Source of the DNA: Paraphysomonas bandaiensis
Lineage: Eukaryota; Protista; Chrysophyceae
Assembly: GCA_965644295.1 (NCBI GenBank)
Contig: CBFFRP010000120.1
Span: 1 to 64,000, forward strand
DNA length: 64,000 nucleotides
Reading direction: 5' to 3'
Shown here: piece after piece, positions 10,190-23,628 of the stretch
How positions within the stretch are numbered: the stretch's first letter is position 1
How the letters are laid out: each line of letters opens with the position of its first letter
Notes under the pieces: generated by a model
What the model saw: only the letters and a program-made list of their open reading frames with translations
Told to the model about the DNA's origin: nothing
Databases searched by the model: none
Translations under genes and position numbers: made by a program

Positions 10190-13100
10190 CTATATTGGAG
10201 ACCTTTCTCTGATCACCTCATTGCTATTTGTACTAACCAACTGAAGTAGAAATTGTTAGACACCTCTTCTAGAGTTAAGAAACAGACTTACGTTATCTCT
10301 GTCGACATGACTCTGGTGATGCTTCGCCATATGATCTCTACGTATTTGCTGTCTTTTTTCTGAGAATACTGCCATTCTTTCCTGTATACAAAAAATAATC
10401 ATTCGACACAAACAAAACAACGATATCGCAAACCTTGAATTTCTCTTCCATAACATGTAATTGCTTATCCAAATCACTCTTCCTGTTAATAAGGCGGTCG
10501 TATTCACGTTTGTAACTCTCTTCCGCCTTCTCCCGTTGTGCTGCTAAGTTGGACATCAAGTGTGCATAATCCTTGTCAATCCTACCCCACCGGTTATAAT
10601 TATATACAGCAATATGTAGATGAACTCACTTCCCCATCACTTCACTGTATTTAGTCTGTAGGGCCAAGTACTCATCATCATCATCGCAGATAGTATCATC
10701 ATCCTCCGAAGAGCCAGTACCATCAATTAATGCTAGATCAGGCCAAAACCCTATATATCCAACAAATATTAGAAGGGACGCACGCGACATTGCATCAACA
10801 CTATACCTTTCGATTTGATATGCAATCCAATACTATCTGAACTCCCAACGTGTCCGTCAGATGCCGACCGCGTCGTTTTTCTAAGAGGAGTCTCAGTTTG
10901 TCGACTGGAATCCGATCTGGATGACAGCTGGGCTGCTGAATGAACTTCACCGAGATCTGGTGCCGATGATATACTTTGGATGCCTAACGAAGCAGTGGAT
11001 ATAGGAGGAATATGCTTCATTGCCCGCACTCTTGGCTCTTCGATGTCAAGTGATGAATGGGGCTGTACTGTGCTACTATTGCTAATAACGATATTCTGAA
11101 CTAATCTGTCATCAGGAGACCCAGCTTCTAGCTCAGATCGCGACCTGTCCTTCGACCTTTCTACTGCTGCACAACTGAGAGCCGCCAGTGCTCGGTCGTC
11201 ATATACGCCAGGCGTCTCCAGGAATTTCTCAATTACCATCTCCGACAGCTGTGGTTGATCTTGCCCACTGTCTGCTCCTCGCGCAGCCTTCTCTCCTGCT
11301 ACTCGACGAGCTACATCCACGACAGGTGTAATAGAAGCAACAATCTGGTCCCCATACTCGGCGAGGAAGGCCAGCTCCTCCACCTCATGCATTTCTTCTA
11401 CAATCGTCTGTGGGTCATCTTCTGTTAGATCAAACTCAAACTCTACTTCTTTGAATGTGTTCTCAAAAGGCACACGGAGACGGAATATGAGACATTTGTC
11501 TTTGTTGCCTCCTGCCTTGTCCTCAAGGTCAACTACACCGATGAAGCTCTCGGCAGGAGAACCAGAAACTGGTGTGTTGATTATATGTTCGTGTGGTTTC
11601 ACATGCTGGGAATTCGGAATAGGAACTGGAGAGGAAGGGTGAGCCCCATTGGCGAATTGTGGCTGTCTGATACTACTTTCATAGAAATCTGTCGTCGACG
11701 AAGATCGACTTCGGTGGACATCTTCGGGTCGACAGACTCTCAGAACTCGACTTGCACCTTTTCTCATATCTGCCCCACTAGAGCTATTATTGCTGCTACT
11801 GGTGTTGCCATTCGATGTGCATTGTATTTTGAGTGGGGGCATGTCGTTCGCAGGAGTGGTGTTACATGGAGAACTGCGAACAGCAGATACGTTAGTTTCT
11901 TCGATCCCCATATTCGGACTGCTCTGGCTTCTACTGGACGAATGTTCTTGCGAGTCGACTACATCCTCTGGATCTCTTTGAACTAGGGCATGGCCAATTT
12001 TCTCCGTCTCCACATCTGCCACTGGTCCTGCCACAGCACCTAACTCCGTGTCGTCAGCAGTGTCATCCATTGTTATTGGAACTGACAGTGAACGAGATAA
12101 AGGATAGCCCTCCCTTGGCATTTCCCCTAGACTATTCACCAATATATCAGAGGTGCTCTTGCTCTCCTTGTGACGAAGCTGAGGTTTCTCCTGCCATCCA
12201 CTCCCAAGCTCTTCTCCATCATCATCATCATCGTTATCTTTGGACCCCTCCAACACAGTATCCAATCTCACCCGCACCTCCAGAAAGTCGTCCTCCTCAT
12301 TCGGTACTAAAAACTCATCTCCTAAGAGCTCTGCTGCGGAGGGTCGAGAGGCTTCAGGTTGTAGACAGGCTTCGATGAACCGCCTTGCACTGGGGAACTG
12401 AACTCGAACCAGCTCTGGCGGAAGTTCACCCTAACATATAAAGTGAGTTACATATCGATTAGTGTGAGTGGCGTAATACATCGCTGGCAGCAATACGAGC
12501 AAGGACGAGTAGGTTGAGTACGAGCAAGCATGACTTGCATACACAAACGTACATTGAGAACTTTCTTGTATATTTGGGCGGCAGAAGTGCACTCGTGGTA
12601 GGGGGTGAGTGCAGTAACCATCTCTAGGCATGCCATCCCGAAGGCATATATGTCAACTTTCTCGTTGTAGTTCTCATCATAGAGCTCCGGGGCCATGAAC
12701 TCGGGAGTACCAAGACAGGTCATTGCTGCGGCAGTAATCTGACGGGAGTGATCATCACTTGGAGGTCTATCATTGGATGTGCTTGAGGCAGACCCATTGG
12801 GTATCCGTCCTTCAGATATACGGGTGGAAAGTCCGAGGTCCCCTGCAATAACAGCTCTGGTTACACAAAAAAAATAACAGAGGCGATTCGTATATAAATT
12901 CGCCACACGATACAGTGTATAAAGTCATAACATAGAAAAAATCACCTATTCTAAGATCTCCAGTGGACCCATTGATGAAAATATTATCACACTTAATATC
13001 TCTGTGAATTATCTGACGGCCATGCAAGAACTCAAGACCCTTCAGAATCTGGCGACACCATCTTTTCACAGCATTCCATCGAATCATAGGATTCTTCTTG

Positions 13101-13661
13101 ATATATCTAATACATAGAAATAAAGAATATAACTTTGAATGTTAAATAAACATACTCCTTCAGTGACCCCGATGACATGATTTCTGTGATGAACACTATC
13201 TCCTCCCGCTCTCGATTCACCCAGGAGTTATGATACTTGATCACATTGGGGTGTTCCAGATCCTTAAGTAGCTTCACTTCAGTTTTTATTCGCCTACGCT
13301 CGCTGGGTGGGACTCGACTAAGCTTGATAACATTCCAAGCTACTTCAATTCCCTCATTAGTGTCATAAGCTCGCCAACTAAATAAATATAAGTTATAATA
13401 ACAAATAAATTAACAAAAGAACAAAAACATACACATCTTTATATGCTCCCGCTCCTAATCTTCCTTCTAACTATAAAATCCAAATAAAAATTATTATGAT
13501 TATGATTATATGCATGTATATATATGTATATATATGTATATAGAGATATATCATCCACCTACCCGCACATATCGTCCTTGTGGTGATGATATAACATGAA
13601 CATCATCACGTTCATCTTTCTTTTCAGTCTTATCAATAATTTTTTCAGTTATTGACATCAT
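10190..13661 (-). CDS. WNK: WNK-family Ser/Thr protein kinase (multi-exon)
   Basis: Spliced reading gives SSPQGRYVR / LGAGAYKDV (lysine in subdomain I) / EVAWN / [18 protein letters not shown] / IGDLGL / [11 protein letters not shown], then an [10 protein letters not shown] autoinhibitory-like segment and a C-terminal coiled coil. The terminal exons are inferred from splice signals. Confidence 0.9.
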
Positions 13662-13954
13662 AAAAAACGATAATAATACAAAATCTATCACCAATTTGAT
13701 TGGTAATGACCTTCTCAGGCCAATCAAAGCTAGTAACTCTTAATGAATACAACACATGAATATATAGTGATATGATCCTCTACTACACTGTTTAAGATAT
13801 GAAACACACAGTGTTATATGTGGAATGTAATAAGATTATGTTTCTATTAAAAGATTATTGAAGGAGAGGGTGGTTTATACTCTGCATGTGATTAGAATAT
13901 TAAGAGAGCATGCCATGGAAGCTACGTGACCATGTACGTCTACTCCGACTATAC

Positions 13955-14164
13955 GTATGTATGTATGTATGTATGTATGTATGTATGTATGTATGTATGT
14001 ATGTATGTATGTATGTATGTATGTATGTATGTATGTATGTATGTATGTATGTATGTATGTATGTATGTATGTATGTATGTATGTATGTATGTATGTATGT
14101 ATGTATGTATGTATGTATGTATGTATGTATGTATGTATGTATGTATGTATGTATGTATGTATGT
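13955..14164. repeat. (GTAT)n microsatellite, ~52 units
   Basis: Perfect tetranucleotide run. Confidence 0.97.
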
Positions 14165-16713
14165 CGGTAGGTAGGTACTTCTGTAGATGTGATGTGCGCC
14201 ATGTACGCAGAATGTCCACTCACACCTTCGATAGAAGATAGAGGCTTATACAGCTACAGCAGCATGAGCAGCATGAGCAGCAGTATGTATCCCACAGCCA
14301 GGTATCTTATAGCTACAAGTGTAGTGGATGGGAAGTCGTGATCGTCTCTATGGCTTCATATATATATATGTATGTATAAGCCCATCCCAGCCTTGAACTG
14401 ACCTTAATATCAGATATATCTGGACAATGAGTGATCAGCATTGTATAGATTGATAAGAGATAATAACAATGCCACATTGTGTTGTATTATAGAACGTGGA
14501 GTTAACTATATGTTCGTATGTAACTCATAGTCAAGACTATTAATAGTGTTGAATATATTGATATCTCTGTATATATATATTGCCCCATTCTGAGCGCGTA
14601 CTTAGGTAGAGCCGGGTGGGGGCCGGGTGGGTACCTAACTAATACTTGATTTAAGTCCCATACGTTATTTGCTAGCTACCTACTGGACCCAACTAGCTGC
14701 ATCATTATCACACGGTATTCAGCGCTGAATATGCAGTGAGACCCCGAGTGGGGAACCGCTGAACTAAGCAATGTGTACATAGGTAGAAGTGCGCGGTCAC
14801 AACACTCAGCAGCACCCACTGAGGGGGCCGCACGCAGTGATTAGTTACGCTATCAATATGGGGCATATATGTATGCAGTCGACACATAAGAGACTTCTTA
14901 TTCTTGCAAAAGAGATTTTGTATTGTAGTTTTGAGAATACATATACATACAGCGAGTGTGTAAGAGATTAATAGAATGAACTTCTTCATAGTGACACTAT
15001 TAAGAATGAATTACTCTTGACACAGTTAGTTATGTGATTTATAGGATAACAGCCGTTGTGGAGCTAATGACGAATGACGTAGCCGAGGCTATTTGACTCA
15101 TGACTACTATCCTGATAAATCACTTGTCGCTCATGTCTCACTTTAATAAAAGCAGTAACTCTGTTTCGGAAAGACTACAAGGATTGTTCGACAAAGCTTG
15201 CGATATTATTAGTTATTGAATTATTTACTTATTACAACTAATAATAGCTCTACCTACACACTCATACAGTGTATACGTGTACACTATACACTATACTATA
15301 TCGTAAGGTCATCAGGAATAGGTGTGTAGAGGGGCAGTATCTAATAATTCCCTACCCACTCTCAGCTAAATAATGCTTGTGTAATACAAATATATGCTTT
15401 TCATGTATATTAACAATCAGAAGCAGTAAATAAACACCCAAAAGGACTGTATGCGGTATCGGAGTGGTGGAAGTAACTAGTAAAAAGCTATTATAAAGTT
15501 GGTCGATCCTCGTTACTAAGCATAAAATTTGTAACACCACGTAATAGAGTGACTTTTCTTACTTATCTAAATAACTTTATGTAATATGGCATAATTCTGT
15601 ATGTAGAAATAATATCTACTTCTAACGACTTTCTTCATCGATCTAAGTCTCAATATATAAACATAATACAGTGATATCACAGAAATCAGCAACTCAACAC
15701 ATTACAAAAAAGATACGCATATAGCCATCATATGAGTGCAATACGCAACGAACATACTGTATTTAATAGCTAATGAAATACATACTGACAAACATTGAAA
15801 ATATATATTAATTTCACCGCGGACAACACGATACGCAACACATACTGTTGCATATCTGCAAGTGTCTACCTTGCAGTCACCACCCAGAAATGCATGACGA
15901 TAGATCTCAACCTACCATTTGCCGTATACAAAACGTTCATATGAGTATTGGCTTGTATCTCCCTCTCTATACACACCACATATCATAAGACAAAGCCCGG
16001 ACTACAATATATAGATGACTGTTCTTCATCTCCCCCATTCAAAAGAGTATACCCATATCCACTGATGGCCTTCCATCATATCCCGCTGTGTATTTCCCGT
16101 ATCTATTGTATGTATATTAATAGATGTAGCTATATCGACAGTGACTGTATCTGTAGGTGATTTATACGTATATTCTCCATACTGGAGGATATGCAGTGCT
16201 TGTGTAGTAGGGGTAATATATAGGGGGTACCTTCAAACCTATTTATGATGATATGGTTAAGAGTTTGTGATATAAGTGTATAGATATATGGATATATATA
16301 TATATACATAGCTACAGTAAACACACAGAGATTTGACGTCAACTCCATAAGTAAAAAACACACATATTACATTGAAAAACCCATATTTATAGCGGATATT
16401 CACTATTTCTAGACTACTAAGTTCAAAAAAGATAAATATCCCATAATTTAGGAATTTACAACACTAAAAACCCTGGAAATACTGTAAAGTACACAATTAG
16501 GCCAATATATCAATCATCTCATCAGATCTTACTAATGAAAAAACTTTCTATGACTATTCAAGATACTCTTTAATAAAAACGAAACCGTCAAAACAAAAAC
16601 GGCAAAAATAGAGGAGTGTATATAGCAGTTGAGATGACTGTGTATGTATATATATGCCAACACAACTATAATATCATCTATTTGCATAGATTACAGCTGA
16701 TAGTACAGCTAAC

Positions 16714-17873
16714 ATGTCAAATCCTGCAGTGAGAACTTTACCTACCCCTTTAACGTTAGATGATTTTGATGTGGGGGTAACATTGGGAACAGGATCGTTC
16801 GGTCGAGTCCGTTTCGCTACTCATAAGGTAAACTCTATCAAACTACACTATTTGTATATACTTATATATATTTATGCAGACAACTGGTTCATTTTGGGCT
16901 GTTAAGATGTTGAAGAAAGCAGAAGTCATTAGACTTCAACAGGTCATGCATATGATATGCATATATATGTATATATATGTAACAGTACTGTACTGTATAT
17001 AACAGGTTGAACATATGATATCCGAGAAAAACATCCTCACTAATCTAGATCATCCATTCATCGTCCGTCTATCGGGAACCTTCCAAGGTAAGAGAATATG
17101 ACCGCACTCTTTATGATTTTATCGTAACGCTCTCGTTTATTACTCTAGATGTAAAGTTTTTGTATATGGTGTTGGAGTACATTGTCGGTGGCGAATTCTT
17201 TACCCACTTAAGAAAAGCAGGCCGTTTTGATCACCAAGCATCAAAGTTTTATGCTACGCAGATCATTCTTGTCTTCGAATATATGCATACCTCTGATTTC
17301 ATATACAGAGATTTGAAACCTGAGAACTTGCTTCTAGACAAACTTGGATTCTTGAAGATAACTGATTTCGGTTTTGCAAAGAGGGTGGCTTTCAAAACGT
17401 ACACACTTTGTGGTACTCCAGAGTACATTGCTCCTGAAGTTCTTCTCAATAAAGGTCATGGCAAAGGTGTTGACTGGTGGACACTTGGTATATTGTTGTA
17501 TGAGATGATGGCTGGCCAGCCCCCTTTCGTGGACGACGACCCCATGGGAATCTACCAGCAGATTCTTGCTGGTAAAGTCACGTTTCCAAGACACTTTGAT
17601 AGAAACGCAAAGTCTCTCATCAAGAAGCTCTTGGTTGCCGACCTCACGAAGAGATACGGATGCTTGAAGGGCGGGGCTGATGACATCAAAAAGCATAAGT
17701 GGTTCCAGGGATTTGACTGGGATGCGCTTCTTGCCCGTCAGCTAACTGCACCGATTGTTCCTGCTGTATCGGGGGATGCAGACACATCTAACTTTGACCC
17801 TTACCCCGATTCTCTTGAAGAGGCACCGTTGCCTGTGCTGGGACAGAATAAGGATCCATTTGTGGACTTTTAG
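16714..17873 (+). CDS. PKAC: cAMP-dependent protein kinase catalytic subunit (4 exons)
   Basis: LGTGSFGRV, VIRLQQVEH, YRDLKPEN, TDFGFAKRV, TYTLCGTPEYIAPE, DTSNFDPY and C-terminal FVDF. Confidence 0.95.
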
Positions 17874-20534
17874 AAAACTTACCGCACGGAAAACGACAGA
17901 TGTAAAAATGAAAGTTTATCGAGGTGCATAGTCAAGAGTGCTGCGTATCATGTATTTTGAATTTGTAGACATGCAATTGGCTTATTTATTGCCGTTTGGT
18001 TTGGATTCGGTTGTTCGCCCTGTCACTTTCCGAAAGTAACCCATCCTGGTATGATTCGTTTATACCAAGACAACACTAGGTATAGATATATTTCTTGGAG
18101 AAAATCGAATGTGACAACTATGCATAATCTTAATAATTAGAAATTAATTAACTATTGAGCAAAGTATGCAGTTTAGTGTTTAGTGCGTGGTACATTCCGA
18201 CTAACCATGTGACCTCACTGTACGCTATAAGCAGCTAATAACACTACCATATTGCGCCAATCCTACGCGCAGTCAGTCCACCAATCAATATATTGTTACT
18301 GAACCCTGGTGAAAAAGTGTCAGAATATGACTTTACACTGAAGTTAATCTTAAACTTGGTTTGTTGCCAGCGCACTTTCGAACATACAATATACCAGTGG
18401 CTTGAATATTGAAGAGTACCAATTCAAACATTCAAACAAAACAATCAATTCATATATCTACTTAACATTGTGTATGTATATACAGCATTTTTAATGAGCG
18501 AATTCGTCAAGACAAGTGGCCAATAAAGTTGTCGATATTTCACCATCAATATTTAAGACATATCCGAGTACTATGGGTCTATGAGTCTATGAGTGATAGC
18601 GCTTATCTTTGTTGACTTCTCAACATATACGACTTCGATGTCAAGAATAGCTGCCGATATGTAAGTGCCTTGATTAGTACTTATAGACAACTACAAATAA
18701 ATTCTTAACTCAACCTATAGTCATTGGTAAACTGAAAGTTTTAATTATTTAATGACTTGGTTTTTACATCACGTTTGGATTAACAAGATAGGTCTATTAG
18801 ATCATTTTATCCCTTAACTCTGGTAAAAACGAACACCTTGGGAGAGTTTTAAAAAATAACCACTCATGGGTATTGAGAGTGAGAGTGCGACTTAATTCTC
18901 TCTCCATCTTTATCAGCTACAAGTAGGCTTTGTACCGCATATTTTATACTTTATAAGTATTTATTGGTATTAAAAATATTTCAATTGATTTAATATATTT
19001 TGATCAACTATAGTTATAGCATTTATTTTTTGCTGTCCATTTCAATTATTGCACTTTCAATTAATTGCAATTCGCAACCCTAGTAATTATCACTAATAGT
19101 AGTATTGCTACGTTTGTATTTTTCTTTACAAACGGTATATTTGGACATTAAAACTGTAGTTAACAGTACTCTACAGGTAACTCTTTTGCATAACAAGAAA
19201 AAATTATAAATTTTAATTCAACACTTCACAATATATATTTCCCCGTATATATTCGTGCAACATCTGGTGAACATTTTTTCTCAGAAACACCTGTTAATCA
19301 TATGTTCACCAGTCATTCCTATATCTTATATAGTCACATATCAGTAACTGAATTTACTTCCTTTGTAACTATCATCACCCGGTACACCCATGACTTGATT
19401 TCATCTATTGCACACTATATATGGCATCATACTACAGAACTCAAGCAGAAACAGACAGGATATTTCCGTTATAGAAAGACGGCGCCATGAGAACGAGAAT
19501 AGTTTGCTGTATGAGATCTTAATGAAAGACGATCTCACAATTGCAGTTAACTTATGTTTCAGGGTTCAGGGCATGGTAACCATTAATGGGAATGCCATTG
19601 TCCATGTTGGGACATTGCAGGACACTCTCATTCAATGATATTCCCCTAGACCTTGCTTTTCCTGGGATACGAAATGAATACTTGGTACCAGTTCATAGTT
19701 CATATTGCTCATCAATTAAATGAATAGTTGTGAGATAAATCCAGTACCAATTTTATTACATTCCACTAATTTTCGGGTTTTGTCGTAGAAATTGGATTTT
19801 CTCAACACGAAATGCTGTTCTATTACAATTTGCTAGTGTCGAATTGGTGGTATTGCGTTACACAACTACCACGATTTTCTCTCCCAATTTCATTTTCAAT
19901 TATATTGATACGCCCTGTGGTGATGTTATCGTCAACTATTATATAGATTTCAGAAAGTTTCAATGAGGTGATAATGAAAAACTGCTTGATTATTATTACA
20001 CCAGTACATTGCATTGTTGGTCAAGATTTCAGTTGGAGCACGAAAGTAATATCACACTGAGAGACTGATGAAGACATTTTCATATAAAAAACAACAACCT
20101 CAAAAAATTAGTGTACTAACGTTTCCAAACCCAAATTGACCTTCTAGAATATTTGTATCTTAGCATCTATCATATTGTGAAAAAAGTTATGTTGATACCA
20201 CAAGCTATGACCCTGCGGTAAACTTACCCAACACAGCCCAATTCAAAGAACAAGTAATTTGTAACAGTCTTCAAATGGAAGGACCAGTAAACGATAAACT
20301 ATCATAATGTACCTGTCATGGAGTATACACCACTGCTGCACAGCACGAAAACGTCAATATCTAATTCATTGGTACGTAAAAGAAATAATAAACACAAATC
20401 ATATGTGTGCTGATAGCAAGCAGAGTGGTAAGTAAAGTCTTTGACGGAATGATAGTAACTACCAGCAAACATCCTTGCTTGCTGTTTTTATTGCAATCAA
20501 TAATGGAAAGGGTCTGGTTCTTAGATAACTCTGA

Positions 20535-22809
20535 CTATCGGTCAGAGCTCACTGGGGAACGCCCACGAGAGCGTGGAGGGTGGTTCTTCTGGGCCGCAGT
20601 AAACGTCTGAGGAGACCTCCGTGAGCGGATAGCAAACCCCATTAGAAAGTAATAAATCATTTCTGCCATGAGTAGCCCAGACTGTATTTCTTCAACGTCT
20701 GGGTTCAAGCCACTAATGCTGAAGGCAGCCACCTATATATATTTATTACACAAGAGTGTGACCGTAAGTACTTCTAACATCCGAACTTACATTAGGATCA
20801 CAGCCTAATGCCAGGCACATATCAAGAGTCTCGTCCGCTGACAGACCAGACGAGGTTAGACAGGAGCGGCCAGGACAGGCGGCACTCGACATTGCATGCA
20901 TAGAGAAGGATACGTAGACAGGTCGGTTGGAGCTTGGTCCGGTCAACGAGCGGATTAACTCAGGGAATGGTGACACAGGGGTACTACCCATACACCGGCT
21001 ACTGGGTCCGGAATATACGCTCGGAACTCCACTATACCGTGAAGTAGGAGAAATGTCTTTCATTGTAGTAGGTCGAGAGAAACCAGGAGGAAGGTCACCA
21101 TCGTCTTCTGAATTGGCATTTAGACACATATGCACAAGATCCTGGTTAAGCTGGTGTTGACTGTAAACATGACCAGAAATAGAGCCCTCCTCAGAGCAGT
21201 CAGAGTGGGTAGTAATGGAGTCACTCCTCGCTAGGCCACGCAGAGAATCTCTTCCACGTATATCCTTCGTCAGCCATAGCACCGATCCCCCTCTCCTATG
21301 AACAAAATCCACATGTTCCTGAGAGCAGTACGCACCCTGAGCAGCATAGGCGATGAATTTTCCATCACACCATGGCTCCGAACGCAGCCCGTCCTTAGGA
21401 GGACAGAAGCGTGTGTCACTCAAGAGTAGGCGCGTCGCACAAGCAGCCTCAATCTTGCCTTCTGAAGCCTGTCAAAAATGAATTTAAAACATTATACAGA
21501 AACGGAAGCATGGCGATGACTGTAATACGCTAGCAGCCTGAAAACATAGAAAATATAGACATGCGTGAGTAAATAGTATTACCATGTAATCTACGTTCAG
21601 TTGCGAGTTAACGCTGATGACTCCGATGGAACCTCCAGCAACACCCATAAGCCCTGCAGCAGTAGCATAGGACTGATCCTCTGAACCCCCCAGTACTAAA
21701 GGCACTCCTCCACGCCTAACAATTTCTCCCACAACTTCATCTAGGCGTGAGAGCGCTTCCTCTAAAGCCAAGCCAATTGGAATATCTCCAATATCTAGTA
21801 TACATAGGGCGGAGAGATCCAGACCAAATTCCGGGTTACGGGTAGAGGACACGAGGCGGCAGAGATGTTGTCGAGCCACTCTCGAACCCCCTGCTGCACC
21901 CGGCATATGACCAGATCGCTTAGCTCCATCGTCATAGGGAAATCCGACTATTGCCACACACCCGGTATACACATCTGTGATACTACAACGTGGTATAAAC
22001 GAAGAAAGTGTACGGTCCTTAGTATCAGGAATCTCGACATTGTTCGGAAATGGCGCCTTAGAGACATTAAATCGGATTGGAATGCGCGGTACATTCACCA
22101 TAAGTTCAGGCTTGTACTCATTAGCCCGTTGAATTTTCAGTACACTGGAGCGGTACATGATGCCGTCCAGTTCCAGACAAGCTTGTGTTAGTTCAATGGA
22201 CTTCAGCTCGATAAACGCGAAGCACTTTTTATGGTTCATATATACGGAAAGTATGTATGAGTTGTTGTTCTCTTCTTCCAGGCACTTGCTGATGACCTCA
22301 TTGAGAAAATTCTTTAACTGATCTTCATTGGTCTGGCCAGGTGGGATGCCACCGACATAAAGTCGACGTGCATGCCTGGAGTAGTGTGAGGCGCTACTTG
22401 CTGCCTCAGTTGCATATGTTTTCTCTGCAGACCCACCCTCATACATATATGTATCAGGTATATTCGACGAAGGGGCAATACGATTAGATGATGAAAATGG
22501 TGGTGATGATACAGATGATGGTGGTCCCATCCATCGATCAATACGATCACCAGTCTCTGATTGAGCTCTTGATAGACGTATATTATAATCATCAGTATCA
22601 ACAGGTGATGTATATGTATACTGTTCAACTGAACCAGTTGATGATAATGAACGTGAATTCATGTCAGAATATCCTCTATAATCTGTATCTAATGTACTCC
22701 ATCCATATTTATTTGGAAGATCAGGGACTCCTTTAATATGATGATCTTCATGTCGTTTCTTATAATATTGATCAAAATCAGACCATGGATCTGATCCGCC
22801 AGAGTGCAT
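20535..22809 (-). CDS. RRM (U2AF65-like) fused to an arginase/formiminoglutamase-fold domain with degenerate metal ligands (3 exons)
   Basis: RHARRLYVGGIP...FAFIELKS...LDGI...LKIQRANEY, then VGFPYDDGAKR..PGAAGG, DIGDI, PLVLGGSED, VYVSFSMH, CPG and LNPDVE. Confidence 0.8.
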
Positions 22810-23628
22810 GGCAAATTATGATATAGATCTCTTCGCCAGATATGAATAGAAGGCGAGAAGAGATCGCATTAAACACTGAGATATGTATGTATAAGTATGT
22901 ATGTATGTATGTATGTGTGCGTGTGTGTATGTACGTTATTATAGTATGCAAATACACTACTGGATTATACACACACTCACTGCTGTATATACCATACACT
23001 AAAGGTATGGAAGATTCTAAATATTTCATATCTTGAGCAGTTATTTTCTTCTTCTTTTCAGTTTTTTGATTGGTTCACGGTACACGATTGTATCCTGTTC
23101 CGACACAACTACAATACATACATAAGAATTCCAATGTACATACGTACTTAATTACATACTAGGAATTCCTACAAAAAAACACTTTTTGTGTCGTTTTTTT
23201 TTGCTGCCGCACGCACTTTGTGACACAAAAAAAAATACGACGGTTGTAGTAGTTTCCCTACAAAGTGGTAGTTTCCTCATAGAAATGACAGTTTTCTACA
23301 TAAATTCACAATTATATCGATATTCACCATGATATTCTCTCTACAAGGAATTCCTACAGAGAAGTTTTTTTTTACACTACGAAAATACCCTGGAGTTTCA
23401 CATATGTAGCAGTCCATACATAGAGTACATGTACATACATTGTACATATACACTGTACATCTGTACATATACATGTAGGTCCTGAATTGCCCAATATATG
23501 GTACTAGAGATCAAGCAAAGGTATATAAACTGTCCTTGATGCATGATATATATCATGACATACATGCTATATATATCAACATGTACACGTATTCTTGAGG
23601 CTATTCTCTGAATATCCCATAGAACCAC

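Noticed and set aside
13875-14241. YVCM/HTYI-repeat ORFs
   Set aside because: Artefacts of the stop-free (GTAT)n microsatellite.
14480-15240. Possible solo LTR (TGTTGTA...TACAAC, internal AATAAA)
   Set aside because: Does not end in CA, and there is no TSD or second copy in the window.
19400-20080. Coding-like stretches broken by stops (also 1500-1860)
   Set aside because: No recognisable protein family; a pseudogene call is not supportable without a search.
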